In this document: positions 51,635 through 60,265 of the stretch, one piece after another | How positions within the stretch are numbered: the first letter of the stretch is position 1 | Layout of the letters: every line of letters begins with the position of its first letter | NCBI GenBank assembly: GCA_964504535.1 | Contig: CAZDED010000006.1 | Location: 6,409-70,408, forward strand | Source: an uncultured Gammaproteobacteria bacterium | GTDB lineage: Bacteria; Patescibacteriota; Microgenomatia; Levybacterales; GWA1-39-11 | Direction of reading: 5' to 3' | Length of the DNA: 64,000 bases | Made by a program: the position numbers and the translations under genes | Notes under the pieces: generated by a model | The model's database searches: none | What the model saw: only the letters and a program-made list of their open reading frames with translations | What the model was told of the DNA's origin: nothing

Positions 51635-52531
51635 CTACATGTTTCTTAGGAGTTTAATTCGCTCTTCAATGGGGGGATGAGTTGAAAAAAGTCCTGCAAG
51701 AAATGAGGTTGATTTCTTCCCATCAGCCTTAAATGGGTTTTCAATATATAGATGTGCCGTTGCGTTTGAAGCGTGTTTGAGTACGTTTTTATCCGCGGCG
51801 ATTTTCTCAAGAGCACGGGCTAGTCCCTCAGGGTAGCGTGTTAAGAGGGCGCCATCAGCATCTGCTAAATATTCACGTCTTCTCGATATTGCGAGTTGAA
51901 TAAGAGTAGCGCCTATCGGTGCAAGAATTGCAGCAACAAGTCCGATGATAAGAAAAATTCCGCTAGAATTATTGCGGTCACGGTCTCGTCCACCCCACCA
52001 GAGGCTTCTCATAAAAAAATCAGAAAGTATAACAATTGACCCTGCAAGAATACTGACGACTCCCATGAGTCTTGTATCATAATTTTTAACATGAGAAAGC
52101 TCATGACCTATTACACCCTCAAGTTCCGACTTTGAAAGTTTTTCAAGTATTCCGGTAGTTGCAACAACCGCAGCATGATGAGGATCCCGTCCGGTTGCAA
52201 ATGCATTCGGTGCAGGGTCGTTAACGACATATACTCTTGGTTTTGGAAGGCCGGAGGCTATTGAAAGATTCTCAACGCTTTCGATAAGGTCTCTGTGCTT
52301 TTTTTCATCTGCAAGACGCGCGCCTGACATACTCAGAACTACTTTGTCTGAATAGTAATAAGAGGCAAATGACATTAGCCCCGAGATGATAAGCATGACT
52401 CCTGCAAGTGAGGATCCATATCCCAACGCCCTACCTAAGATGTATGAAACACCAAAGAAAAAAATCATGAAAAATATGATCAGAAACCACGTTTTTCTTT
52501 TGTTAGATCCAATTGATGAATAAATTGTCAT
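51635..52531 (-). CDS. htpX: Zinc metalloprotease HtpX (M48)
   Basis: PNAFATG, HELSH, SRRREYLADA, STHPP. Confidence 0.95.
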   Translation of the reverse strand: MTIYSSIGSNKRKTWFLIIFFMIFFFGVSYILGRALGYGSSLAGVMLIISGLMSFASYYYSDKVVLSMSGARLADEKKHRDLIESVENLSIASGLPKPRVYVVNDPAPNAFATGRDPHHAAVVATTGILEKLSKSELEGVIGHELSHVKNYDTRLMGVVSILAGSIVILSDFFMRSLWWGGRDRDRNNSSGIFLIIGLVAAILAPIGATLIQLAISRRREYLADADGALLTRYPEGLARALEKIAADKNVLKHASNATAHLYIENPFKADGKKSTSFLAGLFSTHPPIEERIKLLRNM

Positions 52532-52589
52532 ATGTCAGTGATACGTAACTGGTAAATAGTGATTAGTCAAAAAAGACTTTGAGATTAAA

Positions 52590-53144
52590 TTAAAAAGAAA
52601 CCTTAACTGGTTTTTTGTCTGCTTCTTCTGACTCGAAGAATTCTTTTTCGGAAAATCCGAATTGACGGGCAATAAGAGATGATGGGAACATTTTTATTTT
52701 TGTGTTATATGCCAGAACGTTTGAGTTATAGAATTGTCTTGAGTAGGAGATTTTATTTTCTGTATCAGAAAGCTCATCTTGGAGTTCTTTAAAATTTTCA
52801 CTTGCTTGAAGATTCGGATAGGCTTCTGCTACAGCAAAAAGGCTTTTAAGAGCCCCGGTAAGCATATCTGAAGCTTTACCTTTTTCTTGAGGTCCCTCTG
52901 CCTTCATCATGGCAGATCTTGCCTTTGTGACATTTTCAAAAACATCTTTCTCATGTTTTGCATATCCCTTTACAGTCTCGACAAGATTTGGGATAAGATC
53001 CGTGCGTCTTTTCAGTTGGACATCTATGCCGCTAATCGCTTCTTTTATTCTTTCATTAAGTGTGACGAGTGAATTGTAAGAAAGCCAGATGTAGGCAACG
53101 ATTGCTACAAGAAGAAATATAACGATTCCAATTAATATGTTCAT
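52590..53144 (-). CDS. lemA: LemA family protein
   Basis: [38 protein letters not shown]; upstream of htpX. Confidence 0.96.
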   Translation of the reverse strand: MNILIGIVIFLLVAIVAYIWLSYNSLVTLNERIKEAISGIDVQLKRRTDLIPNLVETVKGYAKHEKDVFENVTKARSAMMKAEGPQEKGKASDMLTGALKSLFAVAEAYPNLQASENFKELQDELSDTENKISYSRQFYNSNVLAYNTKIKMFPSSLIARQFGFSEKEFFESEEADKKPVKVSF

Positions 53145-53193
53145 GGTAGTTACATTATTGCACAACGCTTATTAGATGTCAATTGAGGCTAAA

Positions 53194-54981
53194 CTAAGAA
53201 GAAATCCAATCGAAAAGATCCTTGTAGGGGAGCGTATTTATAATATCTTTCTTTTCGCACCAACCTCGACGTGCAACTGCAATTCCAAATGGCATATTAT
53301 CCATATGCTCAGTTGCGTGGCTGTCTGTATCTATCACAAAACGGATTCCCATATCTTTTGCCTCTTTAACGAGGGTATCTGAAAGATCGAGTCGGGTTGG
53401 CCAGGAATTGATTTCAAGGGCTTTATTATGTTCCTTAACAAAAGTAAATAATTCCGCCCAATCCACCTCATACGGATCCCTTGAATTTATAAGTCTTCCA
53501 GAGGGATGCGCAAATATTTTCGCTTTTCTATGAGAAAGTCCTGAGAGGATCCTTTTTGTCATCTCCTTCTTTGGTGTTCGAAAAGAACTGTGTATGGATA
53601 CTATTACCATATCGGTCATCTCTAGAGCATCATCACTAAGAGCGAGACTTCCATTGGCTAAAATATCAACTTCGAGTAAATTAATTATATGAATACTTTT
53701 GTTACTCTTTTTAAGTTGTTCAATTTTTTCCTTCCTTTTTTTAAGTATAGACAAAATTTGTTCATTGCTGTGATTTCCAACACTTGGATTGTGCTCTGAA
53801 AATCCAATATACTCATACTTTAATTCTTTTGCCCGGTCAATCATCTCCTGCATTGAGTTTTGTCCGAGGTCGTGACTCGGTTCTATCGGATAATTCGAAT
53901 GCACATGAAAATCTCCACGAATGTCTTTTAACTCAACAAGCTTAGGAAGGCCAGGATGTTCACCCTGAGCTTGTCGAAGTGCTGCTTCGATTTCGCCTTG
54001 ATTCTCTCGCAGCTCAGGTGGTACAAATTCAAGTCCCAGAAAATTATAGAAATTTTTCTCATTATCAAAAGTCTTAAGAGTTCCGTCTTTCATTTTTATG
54101 CCTTTTTCGGAAAGAGAATATCCTTTCTTCAACGCATATTCTCGTAAATGAACGTTATGCTCTTTGCTGCCAGTAAAATGCTGTAAAAGAGAACCCATCA
54201 TTTCAGGTTTTAAAACCATAAGATCAATCTGTTTGTTGCCGGAAAGAATAATTGATGATGTTATGTCGCCACGCTCAATTATTCTATCTTTGTACGGGTA
54301 GGCATTGAAATGGTCAAGAACTGCATTGGGGTTGTTGGAGCTTACAGCAATATCTATGTCTCCCGTTGTAGATTTCATTCTTCTGAGGCTGCCCAACGTA
54401 TAGGCTTCGAGAACATTTTTATTCTTTTTAAGATATGCGAGCATATTTTCAGATATCTCCATAGCAATAGCCAGTATCATCCGTGAGGATTTGGTCTTGC
54501 CTAATTTATATTCGTCAATAGCACGAATGATGTCACTTTGGGATTTGTCTCCAAAACTATCAAGTGGAGCTATCTTTCCTTCCTTGGCTAACGAATAAAC
54601 GTCTTTAACTACCGTTTTTGGGTTGTTAAGACCGAACGCTGAAACAATCTTGAAAGCTTTTTTCGGACCAAATGATGGTACATCAAGAAGGGGGAAAACA
54701 GCCGAAGATACTCCTTCAAGAATTGAGTCGAAATATTCCACATGGCCTTTCTCAAACAGTTCTGTAATATGCCCCTTAATGCTTGTCCCGACCCCATCAA
54801 GGCGGTCAAGTGCGTTGTCTTGCAGAAGGTCCTTTATTTCAGTAGTAGCGCTTTCTATAGAATCGGCAGCCTTCTGGTAGGCAAGTATTTGAAACCTATA
54901 TTTAGCCTCATTTTGTATGGTATAAGACGCAGCTACCTGCCTTAACAAACGGGCAATTTCTTCATTAGTAAAGGATTTCAT
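53194..54981 (-). CDS. polX: DNA polymerase X with PHP domain
   Basis: AYQKAA, GSLRR, GDIDI, HFTGSKEHN, PPELRE, DFHVHS, AHPSGR, DSH. Confidence 0.95.
   Translation of the reverse strand: MKSFTNEEIARLLRQVAASYTIQNEAKYRFQILAYQKAADSIESATTEIKDLLQDNALDRLDGVGTSIKGHITELFEKGHVEYFDSILEGVSSAVFPLLDVPSFGPKKAFKIVSAFGLNNPKTVVKDVYSLAKEGKIAPLDSFGDKSQSDIIRAIDEYKLGKTKSSRMILAIAMEISENMLAYLKKNKNVLEAYTLGSLRRMKSTTGDIDIAVSSNNPNAVLDHFNAYPYKDRIIERGDITSSIILSGNKQIDLMVLKPEMMGSLLQHFTGSKEHNVHLREYALKKGYSLSEKGIKMKDGTLKTFDNEKNFYNFLGLEFVPPELRENQGEIEAALRQAQGEHPGLPKLVELKDIRGDFHVHSNYPIEPSHDLGQNSMQEMIDRAKELKYEYIGFSEHNPSVGNHSNEQILSILKKRKEKIEQLKKSNKSIHIINLLEVDILANGSLALSDDALEMTDMVIVSIHSSFRTPKKEMTKRILSGLSHRKAKIFAHPSGRLINSRDPYEVDWAELFTFVKEHNKALEINSWPTRLDLSDTLVKEAKDMGIRFVIDTDSHATEHMDNMPFGIAVARRGWCEKKDIINTLPYKDLFDWISS
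53958..53979. repeat. REP-like repeat half-unit embedded in frame in polX
   Basis: gttcaccctgagcttgtcgaag, encoding LRQAQGE; recalled as a widespread intergenic repeat motif, not verified. Confidence 0.5.
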
Positions 54982-55017
54982 AAAAATATAATATCACACA
55001 AAATGATTTTGAGGCTA

Positions 55018-55047
55018 TTGACTGAGGGATGAAGAGGATGGTAGAAT
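55018..55047 (+). promoter_or_regulatory. Sigma70 promoter upstream of tRNA-Asp
   Basis: TTGACT, 18 bp, TAGAAT with extended TG. Confidence 0.7.
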
Positions 55048-55072
55048 AACTGAACCAGAAGTTTGAAAGCTC

Positions 55073-55139
55073 TTGGGGGTGGTAAGCCTCAACAAGTTGA
55101 GTCTTGGCCTCCCCAAAATTTTTTTCAAAAATTTTGGGG
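55073..55139 (+). other. Structured tRNA-Asp leader with two mutually exclusive hairpins
   Basis: Hairpin 55073-55116 followed by T7; perfect 13-bp inverted repeat 55111-55123/55127-55139 overlapping tRNA nt 1-4. Confidence 0.6.
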
Positions 55140-55209
55140 TGGTAGCTCAGTTGATTAGAGCGCTTCCCTGTCACGGAAGAGGTCGCGGGTTTGAGTCCCG
55201 TTCACCCCG
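55136..55209 (+). tRNA. tRNA-Asp(GTC), CCA not encoded
   Basis: GGGGTGG/TCACCCC acceptor, GCTC/GAGC D stem, CTTCC-CTGTCAC-GGAAG, GCGGG-TTTGAGT-CCCGT, discriminator G. Confidence 0.96.
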
Positions 55210-55269
55210 CACTTGCCCCTGTCCCACCACTGTCCACTGCCACATTCTTGCCCAGAGAGGAGAAATAAT

Positions 55270-55896
55270 ATGCCAACAAAGAAAACAAAACAATCAATTC
55301 TAGACGAATCATTTAGTGTTTCTACTTTAATGAAGGGATCAGACTCTTACAAAAGTTTGATTTACGGAATAGTAACCGTTGTAGTGCTTTTCGTAGTGAT
55401 TGCACTTGGAATCAGATCTCTATCTCAAAATAGACCACAAATAGATAACGAAGCAGCAATGACTGAGAACATTATGCAGAAAGTTGCTGAGAATAGTTAC
55501 ACCGTTTCTGAAGGAGAAACATTATGGAGCATAGCTGAAAAATCTTATAACGACGGATTTAAATGGCATCTTATTGCAAGTGCCAACAATATCACTGATC
55601 CAGGAACATTATCGAGTGGAACAAAACTTATTATTCCAAAAGTCGACAAAACTGTTGCAATGCAGCCAGGGTCGACTCAACAGACCATGGCACCACCAAC
55701 TACTGGTGCAAATCCTGTGGGAGCAACAAGTATAACTGGAACGAGTTACACAGTTGTTCGTGGAGATAGTCTTTGGGATATAGCAGTTAGAGCTTATGGT
55801 GATGGATATAGATGGACAGATATTGCAAGAGTAAATAATTTGCAAAATCCAGGCCTTATATTCTCAGATAATATTCTAAATCTTCCACGACCTTAG
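55270..55896 (+). CDS. Membrane-anchored protein with two LysM domains
   Basis: One TM; YTVSEGETLWSIA and YTVVRGDSLWDIA; Thr/Pro-rich linker; GAGGAG RBS. Confidence 0.92.
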   Translation: MPTKKTKQSILDESFSVSTLMKGSDSYKSLIYGIVTVVVLFVVIALGIRSLSQNRPQIDNEAAMTENIMQKVAENSYTVSEGETLWSIAEKSYNDGFKWHLIASANNITDPGTLSSGTKLIIPKVDKTVAMQPGSTQQTMAPPTTGANPVGATSITGTSYTVVRGDSLWDIAVRAYGDGYRWTDIARVNNLQNPGLIFSDNILNLPRP

Positions 55897-55981
55897 TCAA
55901 TCTAAAAACGTTAAACTTAGAACTAAAACTGTTGTATACTATCCCAAATGCGGGGTTAGTATGATAACGCTCGCTGCGCTT

Positions 55982-56053
55982 GCGGTGGTAGTTCAGTGGT
56001 AGAATGCTTCCTTCCCAAGGAAGAGGTCGCCGGTTCAAATCCGGTCCGCCGCT
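55982..56053 (+). tRNA. tRNA-Gly(CCC), CCA not encoded
   Basis: GCGGTGG/CCGCCGC acceptor, CTTCC-TTCCCAA-GGAAG, GCCGG-TTCAAAT-CCGGT, discriminator T. Confidence 0.96.
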
Positions 56054-56054
56054 C

Positions 56055-56372
56055 ATGAGAAGACGGATTTCTGAGACGATTTTAAGCTTTGTTATCGCCA
56101 TTTTTGGTTTTTACTTGTTGTACATAAATCTTGCCGATCCAGTACACCTGTCCGTCATTTCTCTTATGATCTCTTTCATTTTGCTTGTGATGGGAGTAGT
56201 ACTTCTTTTTAGGTCCGGAAGACATGATCACACTAGAACAATTCTGCCCGAGCCAACACATGGTAATAATGGAGAGACACTTCTTTCCCGTCATAAAGAT
56301 ATTATTAGTACCTACGAAAAACATTCAAAGATGCGTGACAAGCTAAAAGCTATAAAACACATGGAGCCGTAG
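56055..56372 (+). CDS. Small 2-TM membrane protein (RDKLK motif), paralogue 1
   Basis: Two hydrophobic helices, LLFRSGR, C-terminal RDKLKAI; homologous to the next ORF. Confidence 0.7.
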   Translation: MRRRISETILSFVIAIFGFYLLYINLADPVHLSVISLMISFILLVMGVVLLFRSGRHDHTRTILPEPTHGNNGETLLSRHKDIISTYEKHSKMRDKLKAIKHMEP

Positions 56373-56411
56373 ATTGCAAAGATTCTCAATTTTTACTATC
56401 CTTTAACAGCT

Positions 56412-56765
56412 GTGAAAAAAGTTTTATTATTCACTTTCCTGGGATTTACACTTTTTGCCGGAGGAATAGGGGTTGCCTTCTTTTATTTTCAAGGAGCAAA
56501 TGACGGTACAAGAAGTGCACTGTTGTTGATTCCTTCATTTCTTCTGGGTGGGGCTGGTGCTTTTTTCTTATTCAAGGCAGGGAGGATAGATACGCAAAAA
56601 GTTGTTTTCAAAGAAAATCAAGAGGCATCTGCTGGAATTAGCACCGACGGACTTATCACCAAGAACAACAAACTGGTTGAAGAATGGAATAAAACTAACG
56701 AGAAACGTGACAAGTTAAAGATGATTGAGTTGTCCGCAAATGAGCAGTCAGAAGCCGCTAAATAG
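56412..56765 (+). CDS. Small 2-TM membrane protein (RDKLK motif), paralogue 2
   Basis: Two hydrophobic helices, FLFKAGR, RDKLKMI. Confidence 0.75.
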   Translation: MKKVLLFTFLGFTLFAGGIGVAFFYFQGANDGTRSALLLIPSFLLGGAGAFFLFKAGRIDTQKVVFKENQEASAGISTDGLITKNNKLVEEWNKTNEKRDKLKMIELSANEQSEAAK

Positions 56766-56783
56766 AGAAATATAAACTTCCTG

Positions 56784-56812
56784 TTGACACGATTTTCCCG
56801 ATTTGATAGTAT
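56784..56812 (+). promoter_or_regulatory. Sigma70 promoter, leaderless pyrG
   Basis: TTGACA, 17 bp, TAGTAT, 5 nt, GTG 56818. Confidence 0.7.
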
Positions 56813-56817
56813 AAATC

Positions 56818-58485
56818 GTGCCGCTCACAAAAAAGAAAACAAAATTTATTTTCGTGTCCGGAGGAGTAATTTCCGGAATAGGTAAAGGTCTTACAGCTTC
56901 TTCAATCTCATTTCTTCTAAAATCTGCAGGGTACAAAATTGCTCCCATCAAATTTGAAAATTATCTCAATTTAGATGCGGGTACGATAAATCCAATAGAA
57001 CACGGTGATCCATTCCTTTGCGAGGATGGAACAGAAGCTGACATGGATATAGGGTCATATGAGAAATTCCTCAACGAGGACATGGGTAAAAATAACTTTG
57101 TCACAATGGGAAGAATTTATCAGACGGTCATAGATCGCGAAAGAAGATTTGAATATAACGGCGAAGACGTTGAAGCAATTCCCCATATAACTGATGAAAT
57201 AATTGCACGGATCAATCATGTTGCAAAAGAAAGTGATGCAGACATTGTTGTTATAGAACTTGGTGGAACCGCAGGTGAGTATCAGAATATTTTTTACTAT
57301 GAAGCCTCCCGAATCATGACCCTAAAAAATCCTGGAGACGTTGTTCATGTTCATGTGAGTTATGTTCCAACCCCCCAACACCTAGGCGAACCCAAAACAA
57401 AACCCACCCAGTTATCGGTAAGAACTTTAAATTCAATGGGAATTCAGCCTGACTTTATTATTGCCCGATCTACAAGATACCTGGATCAGAGAAGACGTGA
57501 CCGCTTCGCGCTTTTTTGCAATATGCATCCGGAGGACATTATCTCAAATCCGGATCTTGAGACAGTTTACGAAATCCCGTTGATTCTTCACAAGCAGGGT
57601 CTTGAAAAAAGAATCTTTCTGAAATTAGGACTTCCGGCAAAAAAACCAGCTATTTCTCAATGGGAAAAAATGGTTGAGAACATAAAAAAGCCGAAAGCCT
57701 CAACAATTGAGATTGCTATTGTCGGTAAATATTTTGGAACAGGAGAATATCAGTTGAGAGATTCGTATGCAGCGCTTCTTGATGCTATCGAGCATGCGTC
57801 TTGGGGTGCAGATGTAGAAGTCGTAACCCGTTGGGTAAATGCTGAAAAAGTAGAGAAAGAAGGAGCAGCGTCTGCTATCGGAAACCCAAATGGAATCATA
57901 GTGCCGATAGGTTGGGGGGAGAGAGGATCTGAGGGCATGATACAAGCGGCAGAGTATGCACTGGATAAGAAAATTCCTTACCTAGGACTTTGTTATGGCA
58001 TGCAGCTTGCAGTAGTTGGTTTTGCAAGACACATATTAGGATGGAGGGATGCAAATACAACTGAAAATGACCCGAAGTCCAAGCACCCAGTGATACATAT
58101 GATCGAAAACCAAAAGGAACTTATGGAAAGACGTGCATATGGTGGCACGATGCGACTAGGAAGTTGGGATGCGATAGTCAAAAAAGGAACGAGGGCATAT
58201 GAAATATACAAAAAAGCAAAACTTATGAAAAACGAAAAGACGGGACTTACGTCTGAAAGACATAGACACCGATATGAGTTCAACAATGAGTTTGCACCCG
58301 AAATTGAAAAAGCAGGACTGGTTATTTCTGCACGTTCTGTTGTGGAAAATTTAGTCGAGATCATTGAGTTGCCAAAAAGTTCTCACCCTTTCTTTATGGG
58401 AACTCAGGGACACCCTGAATACAAAAGCAGACCGATGAGTCCTCATCCTCTTTTTGTCGAATTCCTCAAAGCCGCAACGAAATAA
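56818..58485 (+). CDS. pyrG: CTP synthase
   Basis: GGVISGIGKG, KTKPTQ, GLCYGMQ, ERHRHRYE, QGHPEY. Confidence 0.98.
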   Translation: MPLTKKKTKFIFVSGGVISGIGKGLTASSISFLLKSAGYKIAPIKFENYLNLDAGTINPIEHGDPFLCEDGTEADMDIGSYEKFLNEDMGKNNFVTMGRIYQTVIDRERRFEYNGEDVEAIPHITDEIIARINHVAKESDADIVVIELGGTAGEYQNIFYYEASRIMTLKNPGDVVHVHVSYVPTPQHLGEPKTKPTQLSVRTLNSMGIQPDFIIARSTRYLDQRRRDRFALFCNMHPEDIISNPDLETVYEIPLILHKQGLEKRIFLKLGLPAKKPAISQWEKMVENIKKPKASTIEIAIVGKYFGTGEYQLRDSYAALLDAIEHASWGADVEVVTRWVNAEKVEKEGAASAIGNPNGIIVPIGWGERGSEGMIQAAEYALDKKIPYLGLCYGMQLAVVGFARHILGWRDANTTENDPKSKHPVIHMIENQKELMERRAYGGTMRLGSWDAIVKKGTRAYEIYKKAKLMKNEKTGLTSERHRHRYEFNNEFAPEIEKAGLVISARSVVENLVEIIELPKSSHPFFMGTQGHPEYKSRPMSPHPLFVEFLKAATK

Positions 58486-58554
58486 CTAGTACATTTCAAA
58501 TATTGCGGATTAAATCTTGTTCTTTGAGCCTCATTTGTGTATAATACAAAGATT

Positions 58555-58896
58555 ATGGAAAAAAAGACGGAAGCAGTTGTTGAGCCAGTGCTTGATCTTC
58601 GGGCAGGTATGGCTGTAAAGGTTTTTCAAAAATTTGTTGAAGGTAAAAAAGAAAGAATCGTAGCTTTTCAAGGAAAGATTGTAAAATCCAGAGGTGCAGG
58701 CGACAACAAAATGGTAACTGTCAGACAATTTATTGATGGAGTAGACGTTGACCGGATTTTTCCTCTCAATGCTCCCTCTATTGTAAAACTTGAGAATATC
58801 GAGATCAAAAAGAAAAAGTCTCGTAAAAAAGCGGTCAAGAAAGTAACAAAGGTTAGTAAAAAGACTCTCGGTATCAAAGCCCAGAAGGGTAAATAA
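58555..58896 (+). CDS. rplS: 50S ribosomal protein L19 (divergent, Lys-rich tail)
   Basis: LRAGMAVKV..KFVEGKKERIVAFQG...VTVR...VDRIFPLNAPSI. Confidence 0.85.
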   Translation: MEKKTEAVVEPVLDLRAGMAVKVFQKFVEGKKERIVAFQGKIVKSRGAGDNKMVTVRQFIDGVDVDRIFPLNAPSIVKLENIEIKKKKSRKKAVKKVTKVSKKTLGIKAQKGK

Positions 58897-58960
58897 GTTA
58901 AAATTCCTCAGTTTTCATTCGTCGAAAACTATTCCTAATAACTATTCCTGACAACTATTT

Positions 58961-60265
58961 TTATTCTTCCACATCATCTTCAGGATCATATGGTTGATCA
59001 TTTACCGGTCGTATCAAAAAGTCCTTCATGTCGCGGTGACCTATAATTACCGGATATTTGAGGTTTGAACGGTCAACAATTGAAACAATTGTATTTATTT
59101 TTTTACCACCTAATATAAATGAAGTCTTTGCGGTTGGTCGAAAGCTTTCGCCACTTGCTGACTTTACAAAAACTTTTTCGTTGAGGATCTGAAGATCCAA
59201 AAGCTCTGCAAATTTTCTGTCAATTGAGGTTCTGAATGCACCGGTATCAAGCTTTGCCTTGACAGTAATTGGCTCACCATTTCTATAAAAAGTCACTTCC
59301 TGGATAATAGTCAGTATTTTAGGAGATATGCTGACTTTTTCTGAAAAGCTTTCGGTAAAAAGATTTTTGGCAATCTCAACTCCTCGTTCTGGAGTTGGGA
59401 TGATGATATTTTCAACACGCTCAAGTCTTGATCTCAAAGAGGCTCTGTTTGCATTTTGTATTGATAGACCAGGGCGGGCATTTACTTCAAGGACCATAGG
59501 GCCCTGCTGTCCATCAAAGACAATATCAATTCCAGCATATCCAAGTCCTGAGATTTCCTGAGTTCTTGAGGAAAGAAGTAATACTTCCTCCCAATTTGGA
59601 ATTTTTATCCCTCGGGTTTTGATCTTAGTGTTGGGGATATATAAGATTTGCTGATCATACAGAATAGCATGAGTTGTAATACCAGTTCTGATATCAATAC
59701 CAAACCCAATAGCCCCTTGATGAAGATTGGCTTTTCCATGGGATTCCTCTGTAGAAAGACGGATCATGGCCATAACGGGGATTCTATTAAAAACAATCAC
59801 CCTCATATCAGGAATTCCGTACCCGGTAAGCTTCTTAAAGAATGGATGCGGATGAAGACGTTCTTCAATAAAAGCATTATCAGGCAAGAATTTTAATGAA
59901 TATGCTCCTTCTAAAATGTCTAAAATGTGAGACTCAAGCTGTTTTATGGTATAGGTCTGCCCATTTGCAGTTGTACCTATCTCGCCGTCCCATTTTCTGA
60001 TTGCAAGTATTCCTGCCCCGGCATATCCTCTCGCAGGCTTTATGACAAATCCCCGCTCAGGCAGATCCTTCCATACAAAATTTTTAATAGAATCCCTGTC
60101 ATAGAAGATGGAAAAAAGCGTAGGAGTTTTTATCCCATTTTGAATAAGGGTGTTTTTTGTCTCCAATTTATCATCCGCTATCTTTTTTGCATCCGATGAA
60201 TTGTAGCGGCGGATATAGAGAAAATTGCGGGCATTCATGCCCAATATGTTACGACTTACTGCCAT
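58961..60265 (-). CDS. Alpha-L-glutamate ligase-like ATP-grasp fused to a C-terminal retropepsin-like (RimK-associated) peptidase
   Basis: ILGMNARN, ADDKL, FVIKPARG, PDMRVI, KANLHQG, LEVNARPGLSIQ; then AKLDTGAFRTSID...DRSNLKYPVIIG. Confidence 0.88.
   Translation of the reverse strand: MAVSRNILGMNARNFLYIRRYNSSDAKKIADDKLETKNTLIQNGIKTPTLFSIFYDRDSIKNFVWKDLPERGFVIKPARGYAGAGILAIRKWDGEIGTTANGQTYTIKQLESHILDILEGAYSLKFLPDNAFIEERLHPHPFFKKLTGYGIPDMRVIVFNRIPVMAMIRLSTEESHGKANLHQGAIGFGIDIRTGITTHAILYDQQILYIPNTKIKTRGIKIPNWEEVLLLSSRTQEISGLGYAGIDIVFDGQQGPMVLEVNARPGLSIQNANRASLRSRLERVENIIIPTPERGVEIAKNLFTESFSEKVSISPKILTIIQEVTFYRNGEPITVKAKLDTGAFRTSIDRKFAELLDLQILNEKVFVKSASGESFRPTAKTSFILGGKKINTIVSIVDRSNLKYPVIIGHRDMKDFLIRPVNDQPYDPEDDVEE

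Noticed and set aside
54965-55303. ORFs 54965..55174(-) and 55073..55303(+), and the 5' extensions of 55213 and 56004
   Set aside because: They are translations across tRNA genes and their leaders.
55136-56765. Prophage or integrative element at the tRNAs
   Set aside because: No integrase, phage genes or duplicated tRNA 3' end seen.
58909-58930. agttttc-attcgtc-gaaaact hairpin as terminator between rplS and the ATP-grasp gene
   Set aside because: AT-rich 7-bp stem without a convincing U-tract; too weak to call.
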